DNA of 64,000 nucleotides from Candidatus Altiarchaeales archaeon ex4484_96 (GTDB lineage Archaea; Altiarchaeota; Altiarchaeia; IMC4; QMZM01): NCBI GenBank assembly GCA_002254405.1, contig NJDH01000003.1, positions 5,080 to 69,079 of the forward strand, read 5' to 3'. Shown piece by piece: positions 57,198 to 64,000 of this stretch (position 1 is its first letter; each line of letters starts with the position of its first letter). The notes under the pieces were generated by a model. It saw only the letters and a program-made list of their open reading frames with translations, ran no database searches and was not told where the DNA came from. The position numbers and the translations under genes were made by a program.

Positions 57198-57771
57198 GCG
57201 TTTTATTAACCAGAAGGCTTATGCCCTGCAGCGGTATTATCAGGCGAAGAATCTGGGTGAAGTGGATGAAGGCATTATTTCTTTGCTCGATTATCTTAAT
57301 TCCCTTGATGATTACTATACCACCTCCAGTTGCGCGGGGCGCATAACCCTGCTTTATGACCCCGGCTCCAAAAAGCAAGCTAGGTGGCTGGGTAAATGGC
57401 ATCGTAGGGTTAAACCGGATGAAATAATCGATTGTCTTAAGCTCATACCCTCTGATGGGATAATCTGGTTCAGGTATGAGTCACCTATCCTGCATGTTGT
57501 CGCCAGGACAGTCGATAAAGCCCAGACCGTTTTATATGTTGCTAGGGAGGCTGGATACAAGCGGGTTGGATTGCAGGGTTTGAAAAAAGAAAGATTTCTG
57601 GTGGAAATATGCGATACCGAGAGAGTGGATGCTCCCATAGCCGAAGAAGGGGGGCTTTTGGTGGACGATAAATACCTTAAGCATCTAGCATTATATTGCA
57701 ATAAAAGATACGTTAAAGGCAACGAAAAAATCGCTGCTCTGGAGAGCGCGTTAAGGCGGAATCTGGGTTAA
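57190..57771 (+). CDS. taw3: tRNA wybutosine/wyosine-derivative methyltransferase Taw3/TYW3
   Basis: LLDYLNSLDDYYTTSSCAGRITL is the TYW3 signature. 193 aa. Confidence 0.75.
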   Translation: MHKRFINQKAYALQRYYQAKNLGEVDEGIISLLDYLNSLDDYYTTSSCAGRITLLYDPGSKKQARWLGKWHRRVKPDEIIDCLKLIPSDGIIWFRYESPILHVVARTVDKAQTVLYVAREAGYKRVGLQGLKKERFLVEICDTERVDAPIAEEGGLLVDDKYLKHLALYCNKRYVKGNEKIAALESALRRNLG

Positions 57772-57800
57772 TTATCATCAATCAAATACTTTAAAAGGGA

Positions 57801-59222
57801 ATGGATTTCACGCAGATAAGAGAGGGTGTTTGGGAGCACCGAAGCGATGGACTGAATGTCCCTGTGAGGGTGTATGCCAAGGAGAAAGTCTTTAGGGAGA
57901 TGGAGGAGGGGGTTTTTAAGCAGGCCTCTAATGTTGCCAGGCTGCCTGGGATAGAAAAGGCCTCTCTGGTGATGCCCGACGGACACTATGGCTATGGTTT
58001 CCCCATAGGGGGGGTTGCAGCATTCAATCTGGAGGATGGTGTTGTCAGCCCCGGCGGCGTAGGCTATGATATAAACTGTGGCGTGCGTCTTTTATCATCC
58101 AGTCTCGGGGAAGCGGATGTGCGCCCTAGGCTAAAAAAGCTGGTGGATGCGCTGTTTGATAATATACCCTGTGGGGTGGGCCGGGACAGCACTCTGAGGC
58201 TTTCTCTGGGGGAACTGGATGATGTTTCTCTTGCGGGAGCCCGCTGGGCTGTTGAGAAGGGATATGGCTTGGATAGGGATTTACAACACATTGAAGAGTA
58301 TGGTTCAATTGATGGGGCCAACCCAGCTAATGTGGGCAAGAAGGCTAAATCAAGGGGTAAATCCCAGTTGGGTACGCTTGGCTCAGGCAATCATTTTTTG
58401 GAGGTTCAAAGGGTTGATAAAATATTTGATGCGGTAGCGGCTAAAAAATATGGGATAGAGCGGGAGGGTCAGGTTACTGTTATGGTTCACTGCGGGTCCC
58501 GTGGATTCGGGCATCAGATAGCTGATGATTACATCAAGTTAATGCTTTCTGCTTCGGCTAAATACGGCATCAGATTGCCTGATAGGGAGCTTGCATGCGC
58601 TCCGCTTTCTTCTAAGGAAGCATCTGATTATTTATCAGCCATGTATTGTGCCGTGAACTATGCTTTTGCCAACCGACAGGTTATAACCCACTGGATCAGG
58701 CAGACATTTAATGATGTTTTCAGGCAGGATGTCGATTTATCCTTAACCTATGATGTCTGCCATAACATCGCTAAATACGAAAAACACCGCCTTAGTGGAA
58801 AAAAACAAAAATTGTGCATACACCGTAAGGGGGCGACACGGGCCTTTGCATCCGGCAGAAAGGAGATACCTGAAATATATCGGGAATTCGGCCAGCCGGT
58901 TATTATACCCGGGGATATGGGAACATGCTCTTATCTTTTAGCGGGAACGGATAAGGCAATGGATGAGACCTTCGGGAGCACATGCCATGGTGCCGGTAGA
59001 TTAATGTCCAGGCGCAAGGCTATAGCATCATTTAGGGGGGATAAAATCCAAAAAGAGCTTGCTAAACGGGGTGTTTTTGTGAAGGCCACCCACCCTAAAA
59101 TGCTCGCAGAGGAAGCCTCGAAAGCATACAAGGACGTGAATGAAATAATCGATAGCGTGGAGTTGACTGGTATTTCAAAAAAGATTGCGAGATTCACACC
59201 TCTTGGTGTGGCTAAGGGGTGA
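57801..59222 (+). CDS. rtcB: RNA-splicing ligase RtcB
   Basis: GHYGYGFPIGGVAAF, GSGNHF, HNIAKYEKH and TCHGAGR metal- and GMP-binding motifs. Confidence 0.9.
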   Translation: MDFTQIREGVWEHRSDGLNVPVRVYAKEKVFREMEEGVFKQASNVARLPGIEKASLVMPDGHYGYGFPIGGVAAFNLEDGVVSPGGVGYDINCGVRLLSSSLGEADVRPRLKKLVDALFDNIPCGVGRDSTLRLSLGELDDVSLAGARWAVEKGYGLDRDLQHIEEYGSIDGANPANVGKKAKSRGKSQLGTLGSGNHFLEVQRVDKIFDAVAAKKYGIEREGQVTVMVHCGSRGFGHQIADDYIKLMLSASAKYGIRLPDRELACAPLSSKEASDYLSAMYCAVNYAFANRQVITHWIRQTFNDVFRQDVDLSLTYDVCHNIAKYEKHRLSGKKQKLCIHRKGATRAFASGRKEIPEIYREFGQPVIIPGDMGTCSYLLAGTDKAMDETFGSTCHGAGRLMSRRKAIASFRGDKIQKELAKRGVFVKATHPKMLAEEASKAYKDVNEIIDSVELTGISKKIARFTPLGVAKG

Positions 59223-59908
59223 TTTTTTTGAAGAAACCTTTTGTTTACATTAATGCTGCCATGTCCCTTGACGGGAAGATTTCAACCATTGAAAGAAGGC
59301 AGGTGAGGATTTCATCCGACAGGGACATGAGCAGAGTAGACGCCCTCAGAGCCAGCTCTGATGCTGTTTTGGTCGGGAAAAACACCTTAATCACAGACGA
59401 CCCCAAGCTCACCGTTAAATCATCCGCTTTGAGAGAGGAAAGAATTAAAAAGGGTTTACCGGCTAATCCCCTGAAGGTGGCCTTAGGCTGTATAAACGAA
59501 TTAAACATCGACTCTGATTTTCTAAACCACGGGCAAGCAGGGAAGATTTTGTTCACGACCAGTAAATCCGATAACCTGAAGATTGATGAGCTGAAAACCA
59601 AGGCAACCGTTTACGTTAGCAGCGAAGATGAAATAAACCTGGATTATGTATTGGAAACACTTTATAAACTGGGTGTGAGGCGGTTGATGGTTGAGGGAGG
59701 TGGCCGAACCATCTACCGTTTCTTGGCTGCGGGTGTTGTTGACGAGGTTTATGTTTGTGTTGCTCCTATAATCTATGGGGGTGAGGATGCTCCGACCCTG
59801 GTTGATGGTGCGGGCTTCACATCGGATAATGCAATAAAATTAGAGCTTTTTTCTATGGAGAAGGAAGGCAGTGAACTGGTTTTGAAATACAGGGTGTTAG
59901 ATGCTTAA
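59219..59908 (+). CDS. RibD C-terminal-domain reductase (archaeal 2,5-diamino-6-ribosylamino-4(3H)-pyrimidinone 5'-phosphate reductase-like)
   Basis: YINAAMSLDGKIST...SDAVLVGKNTLITDDPKLTV and MVEGGGRTIYRFL motifs of the DHFR-like RibD-C family. Confidence 0.75.
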   Translation: MIFLKKPFVYINAAMSLDGKISTIERRQVRISSDRDMSRVDALRASSDAVLVGKNTLITDDPKLTVKSSALREERIKKGLPANPLKVALGCINELNIDSDFLNHGQAGKILFTTSKSDNLKIDELKTKATVYVSSEDEINLDYVLETLYKLGVRRLMVEGGGRTIYRFLAAGVVDEVYVCVAPIIYGGEDAPTLVDGAGFTSDNAIKLELFSMEKEGSELVLKYRVLDA

Positions 59909-60526
59909 CTCATCCTCCCCTGGGGTGATGACCCTGGTTTTGGTTTCTTTTTCGACTTTTTTCTTGAAATAATCAGCGTCCGCCTTCGAGCCTATTATGC
60001 TTCCCCAGTGCATCGGCATTGCATGGGCCGGCTTAATCACTTTAACTGATTCAGCGGCTTCGGCGGCGTTCATGGTGTATTTACCCCCAACAGGTAGTAA
60101 AGCAAGCGTGACCTCCCCCAGATGCTTCATCTCAGCTATTAAATCGGTGCTTCCAGCGTGATAAACAGTTTTATCCCCTGATTTAATCAGGTAACCTACT
60201 CCATCCCCCTTTTTGTGGAAATGTTTTTTGTTGTTGTATGCTTCAACCGCTTTAATGTGTATCTCATGGAGGTTTATGAGGTCGCCTGCTCGCACAACAG
60301 CAGAGTCCTCTATTCTTTTCGATGCCTCAACCCCCGCTATTATCGCGGTATTTGGTTTGCTTATAATCCTGATGTTTTTTTTATCGCAGTGGTCGTAGTG
60401 CTCGTGTGTGACGAGTATAATATCTGCTTTAGGGGGTTTATCCGGTATAATGTAGGGGTCTACGTAGATTATCTTCTTTTTTGTGGTTATGATAAAGCTA
60501 GCGTTCCCAAGCCATTTAATCTTCAT
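59897..60526 (-). CDS. Metallo-beta-lactamase-fold hydrolase (UPF0173-like)
   Basis: ILVTHEHYDHCD (HxHxDH) zinc motif. 209 aa. Confidence 0.75.
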   Translation of the reverse strand: MKIKWLGNASFIITTKKKIIYVDPYIIPDKPPKADIILVTHEHYDHCDKKNIRIISKPNTAIIAGVEASKRIEDSAVVRAGDLINLHEIHIKAVEAYNNKKHFHKKGDGVGYLIKSGDKTVYHAGSTDLIAEMKHLGEVTLALLPVGGKYTMNAAEAAESVKVIKPAHAMPMHWGSIIGSKADADYFKKKVEKETKTRVITPGEDELSI

Positions 60527-60569
60527 TTCAATACCTAATCTATACTATTATTTAGATAAATCACCTAAA

Positions 60570-61511
60570 ATGTTTTGCCCAGGATGCGGAGCTAAATCAA
60601 AAGGATTATGCCTTAGATGCTATCTAAAGAGCAACCCGATTTTTTTTGGGGATGTTTTTTTGATTAAATGCAGCTGCGGGAGGGTTAAATACAAAAACCA
60701 TTGGTTTAGGGATTTAGATGATATACTGGACTCGGTTTTAGAGGATAATCTTGTTGTCCCGGAGCAGATTAATACCCTTGAATTTGAACTGATGGATTAT
60801 GCTGCTGATAAAAACACCTTAAAGGTAAGGTTCAATTATAAAGGCAGATACTTGGATGAAACCTTCAGCCGGGAGATTGAAGGCAGTATAGGTTTTAGGG
60901 GGGGTAACTGCCCTTTCTGCGGCAAGATTGCTGGAGGATACTTTGAGTGCACACTCCAGCTTCGGATAGCAGACCCACCTCATTTATTCAAGGACATCAA
61001 CCCTGATATGGTATCTAAGATGGAGAAGGTGAGGGGTGGAGTGGATGTTTACCTGATTTCATCGGATTACGCTAACCAGCTTATGAAGCAGTATCGTGGG
61101 ATGGGGTTTTTTGTTAAAGACTCTTATACCCTTATGGGTAAGAAGGAGGGTAAGGACGTCTATCGGTCGACTATCTCGGTTAAGGAGCCGGCTTTTGGCG
61201 TAGGCGACTTCATAAAACACGATAACAAAAACATGCAGGTTTTGGAGTTGGGTTCTACTGTGAGGCTCCGTGTGCTTTCATCTGGAAAAAATATTTCTCT
61301 TCCGTTAAACAGCATAGCTGACTATAAGCCGGTTGCTAAAAAAAACCAGATAAATAAATGTATTGTGACCTCGGTATCACCTGGAGATACTCAGCTGCTT
61401 TTTTTAGGGGACAATAAAACCTTAGAGCTAGGATATGTGGTTGATGGATTAAAGCCAGGTGTTGAAGTGAACGCAATAAGATTAGATGATAAAGTCTATA
61501 TCCTCAAGTAG
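60570..61511 (+). CDS. NMD3-like (ribosomal large-subunit export/biogenesis factor homolog) Zn-cluster protein. The start is taken at MFCPGCG rather than the listed 60483
   Basis: CPGCGAKSKGLCLRCY ... CSCG ... CPFCG C4 clusters at the N-terminus of a ~310-aa protein. The upstream 29 codons overlap the MBL gene. Confidence 0.5.
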   Translation: MFCPGCGAKSKGLCLRCYLKSNPIFFGDVFLIKCSCGRVKYKNHWFRDLDDILDSVLEDNLVVPEQINTLEFELMDYAADKNTLKVRFNYKGRYLDETFSREIEGSIGFRGGNCPFCGKIAGGYFECTLQLRIADPPHLFKDINPDMVSKMEKVRGGVDVYLISSDYANQLMKQYRGMGFFVKDSYTLMGKKEGKDVYRSTISVKEPAFGVGDFIKHDNKNMQVLELGSTVRLRVLSSGKNISLPLNSIADYKPVAKKNQINKCIVTSVSPGDTQLLFLGDNKTLELGYVVDGLKPGVEVNAIRLDDKVYILK

Positions 61512-61717
61512 CGTTTCCTGTTTTCCTGAAAACTCAGCCACTCCTCCTCAGAAGCGAACACAACGGCTTCCTCTATTAAAGAGCAGTCGCCGCACAGGTA
61601 TCTTACGGCTATTACGTTGTCTATTAGCTCAGATGTTGGATGCGATTCTCTTTCGGTTGGTAGCTCCATCAAAGCAAGCTTTCTGGACCCGCATCTTGGG
61701 CATGCTCTTATCTTCAT
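61496..61717 (-). CDS. Small Zn-ribbon protein
   Basis: CPRCGS...CGDCS. 73 aa. 4-nt overlap with the upstream purB stop. Confidence 0.35.
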   Translation of the reverse strand: MKIRACPRCGSRKLALMELPTERESHPTSELIDNVIAVRYLCGDCSLIEEAVVFASEEEWLSFQENRKRYLRI

Positions 61718-63048
61718 TTCAATTCCTTCAAAACCCGATTAACCTGCTTCACTGCCGTTCCGATATACTGGCTGGGGTCAAGGGATTTATCTAATTCTTT
61801 TTCACTCAGTTTTTCTTTTATTTCCTTGTTTTCCAAAAGTGTTTTTTTGAAATCCATATCCTTCTTATAGCTTTGCAGGGCGCATTCTCTTGTCAGCTTA
61901 TGTGCGTTATCCCTGCTTACGCCCTTTGAAACAAGCGCGACCATAACCGATTCGGCCATAATCCTGCCGTGTGATAGGTTGAGGTTTTTTTCTATCGCCT
62001 TATGGTCGAATACGAGGTTTTTTATTAAGTCGATGGATAAGCTCAGTATATAATCCGTGAGAATACAGGCTTCAGGTATTATTATTCTCTCGCAGCTGGA
62101 GTTGGTTAAATCCCGCTCATGCCATAAAGCTATGTTATCCAGGGAGGCGAATGCATCCGCTTTTATGACCCGGCTTAAACCGCTTATTCTCTCCGCTAGT
62201 ATGGGGTTCATCTTGTGCGGCATGGTTGACGAACCAACCTGTTTCTTCCCGAAGCCTTCTCGAACCTCACCTATTTCTGTTCTCTGAAGGTTTCTTATCT
62301 CGGTGGCTATTTTGTTTAGGGTCTCCGATATTAAAGCCAGAAGCAGCAGGAATTCAGCGTGACGGTCTCTTTGTATTACCTGATTGGATACCCTAACGGG
62401 TTCAAGTTCAAGCTCATTCATCATGTGTTTTTGGATTAACTGGGCTTTTTCTCCCAGGGCAGCCTGGGTTCCAACCGCGCCGGTTAGCTGCCCGACGAGT
62501 ATTCTTTTTTTTGTTTCCCCGAGCCTATCAAGGTGTCTTTGCACTTCCGTGGCGTAGATGGCGAACTTCAGACCGTATGTTGTGGGGGTTGCATGCTGAC
62601 CGTGTGTCCTGCCGATTGTTATGGTATCAACATGCCTGCCGGCCTGTTTCAGGAGCTCCTTTTTAAGCCCCATCAAGTCTTCCTCAAGATAAAAAACATA
62701 ATCCCTCAGCTGCAGGGCAAGAGCAGTATCCTGTATGTCGTTGCTTGTAGCACCCATGTGCACATAGCCGCCTTGGCTGCCGCATTGTTCGGCGAGAGCC
62801 TGGCAGATGGCCATCACATCATGGTTGATTTCTTTTTCTATCTGCTTAACCCGCGCAAGGCTAACGGTCCTGGTGTTTGCTTTCCTGGCCACTAAAGCCG
62901 CATCCTCTGGGGGTATGTTTCCCACCTTAGCGTGTGCTTTAACAAGGGCGGCTTCGACCTTGAGCATCCTAGCAAGCTTGCTTTCTTCATCAAAGATTTC
63001 TTTGACTTTTTTTCTCCCGTACCTTGACTCTATGGGGTGTATTGCCAT
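61714..63048 (-). CDS. purB: Adenylosuccinate lyase
   Basis: Fumarate-lyase family signature GSSTMPHKMNP and GATSNDIQDT. 444 aa. Confidence 0.85.
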   Translation of the reverse strand: MAIHPIESRYGRKKVKEIFDEESKLARMLKVEAALVKAHAKVGNIPPEDAALVARKANTRTVSLARVKQIEKEINHDVMAICQALAEQCGSQGGYVHMGATSNDIQDTALALQLRDYVFYLEEDLMGLKKELLKQAGRHVDTITIGRTHGQHATPTTYGLKFAIYATEVQRHLDRLGETKKRILVGQLTGAVGTQAALGEKAQLIQKHMMNELELEPVRVSNQVIQRDRHAEFLLLLALISETLNKIATEIRNLQRTEIGEVREGFGKKQVGSSTMPHKMNPILAERISGLSRVIKADAFASLDNIALWHERDLTNSSCERIIIPEACILTDYILSLSIDLIKNLVFDHKAIEKNLNLSHGRIMAESVMVALVSKGVSRDNAHKLTRECALQSYKKDMDFKKTLLENKEIKEKLSEKELDKSLDPSQYIGTAVKQVNRVLKELK

Positions 63049-63088
63049 CTTATTATCTATCGGAGGGATATATTAATATGTTTTATCA

Positions 63089-63466
63089 CTATTTTTTCCT
63101 CATCGCATAGGCGATGTCTATGTAGTATATGCCTTTCCTGGATTTGATTATCAGGGGGTCTCCTTTCATCAGGGAAGAGATATCAAGGCGATATTTTCCC
63201 TTACCTAACTGTATGAGGTTTTCAACATCCAAGCTGATGGTTTTATCATTGTCTTTAAGGTCTTCGCTAAATCTTTCCTCTATCCAGTTGAGGTCTTCAT
63301 CTGACAGCTTTTTTTCTATCAGCCTGTCTACCGCATCCTGCTGTTTTTCGCTGTCTTTCGCTCCTCTAATGTAGAGGAAAACCCTAGAACCGCAGCTGCA
63401 TCCCTCCATCAGCTCTCTTGCGTTGTCCTCGTATATTTTATTGCATCTGGCGCATTTATGGGGCAT
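63089..63466 (-). CDS. Zn-ribbon-containing protein, function unknown
   Basis: MPHKCARCNKIY...CSCGS N-terminal C4 cluster. Confidence 0.35.
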   Translation of the reverse strand: MPHKCARCNKIYEDNARELMEGCSCGSRVFLYIRGAKDSEKQQDAVDRLIEKKLSDEDLNWIEERFSEDLKDNDKTISLDVENLIQLGKGKYRLDISSLMKGDPLIIKSRKGIYYIDIAYAMRKK

Positions 63467-63918
63467 TTTATGTTATCTGGGTTTTTTTTTAGGTTTAAAT
63501 AAATACTTGCTGTTAACATAAGAGATACGGGAACTATTAAAGCATAGTTTATTAGCAGATTAATAAATAGATTTTTTCCTGCGATGGTGGTTAGGTAATT
63601 GAGTGCAAACACCCCTGTTGCATATAAAAGAACGATGAAATAAACCCCCACATATCTTCCATCGGTTAGATGCCAGCTTTTTTTTATGCAATCGATATTT
63701 TCCATTTTCTCATAAACGTTAACCGCCACAGCGAATATTATTTTAACAAGTAAAGCAAGTATTGCCAGAATGTTAATAAAACCAATCGCGTACAGGATAG
63801 GTTGTTGGTTTAGCTGGTTTTGTGCAGATAACAGGTAGAGTATTATTCCTGAGGGGATGAGCATCATAAAGGCATAAAACAATAATATCAAAGCCAGGGT
63901 GGATGTTAGAAGCAGCAT
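63409..63918 (-). CDS. Polytopic membrane protein. It is probably shorter than listed, because it overlaps the upstream gene by 58 nt
   Basis: Five hydrophobic helices and no motif. Confidence 0.3.
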   Translation of the reverse strand: MLLLTSTLALILLFYAFMMLIPSGIILYLLSAQNQLNQQPILYAIGFINILAILALLVKIIFAVAVNVYEKMENIDCIKKSWHLTDGRYVGVYFIVLLYATGVFALNYLTTIAGKNLFINLLINYALIVPVSLMLTASIYLNLKKNPDNIKCPINAPDAIKYTRTTQES

Positions 63919-64000
63919 TCCGGGATAATGTTTGTGGTTTTCTTTTATGGTTTTCTCCCATAAGCTGATGCTGGTTATATCACTGGCTAAACCGCCTTTT

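Noticed and set aside
60483-60569. Upstream 29-codon extension of the NMD3-like ORF
   Set aside because: The extension is hydrophobic and junk-like, and it overlaps the MBL hydrolase gene on the opposite strand. The conserved C4 motif begins right at the internal Met.
1-64000. Searched for tRNA, rRNA, RNase P/SRP RNA, CRISPR repeats, IS elements and integrases
   Set aside because: Intergenic spaces are all under 150 nt and AT-rich, without cloverleaf-compatible stems. The only short-period repeats, the GD- and Thr-coding tracts and the PKD repeats, are inside ORFs. No transposase or integrase motifs were seen.

Overview
The window looks archaeal: it carries an A-type ATPase, archaeal-type AspRS and IleRS, RFC small subunit, RpoF, the L44e/S27e pair, RtcB plus archease, and CDP-archaeol synthase. 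GC is roughly mid-40% by eye and genes are tightly packed, often with 4-nt overlaps. No rRNA, tRNA, CRISPR array, transposase or integrase was detected by eye.

Left part (1-29.3 kb):
- A gene truncated by the window edge, followed by a 1059-aa membrane protein. Together they hold 12 tandem copies of a ~100-aa helix-loop-helix module.
- An Mbh/Mrp-type cation/proton antiporter cluster on the minus strand, ordered mrpE-F-G, MrpB in three pieces, C, D, D, a small subunit, then A.
- An incomplete A-ATPase cluster containing only atpI, atpK and atpC.
- CarS, AspRS, a KH protein, ferredoxin, a DUF655 protein, RpoF, an ECF transporter, a two-gene split MetE, ThyX-IleRS and RFC.

Centre (29.4-46.1 kb), an accessory-like island:
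- Signal-peptide, Cys-rich giant proteins of 314, 965 and 1598 aa, carrying PKD repeats, Asp-Gly linkers and a degenerate zincin HExxN...GLNDEY motif.
- Five tandem paralogous polytopic membrane proteins and a probably frameshifted PKD protein.
- At least seven of the island's proteins contain the same conserved module as the left-edge repeat protein: a hydrophobic helix, a loop of the form S-P-x-x-R-x-x-A-K/R, then a second hydrophobic helix.
- This looks like an undescribed cell-surface or membrane system. It may be filament- or T4SS-pilin-like, but that is inference only, and no secretion ATPase is visible in the window.

Right part (46.2-64 kb): housekeeping genes, including an AI-2E transporter, a phosphohexomutase, archease, S27e (not in the ORF track), L44e, a GT2 glycosyltransferase, a LeuA-family synthase, MoxR/DUF58, a CBS-ParB fusion, TYW3, RtcB, a RibD C-terminal reductase, an MBL hydrolase, an NMD3-like protein and PurB.
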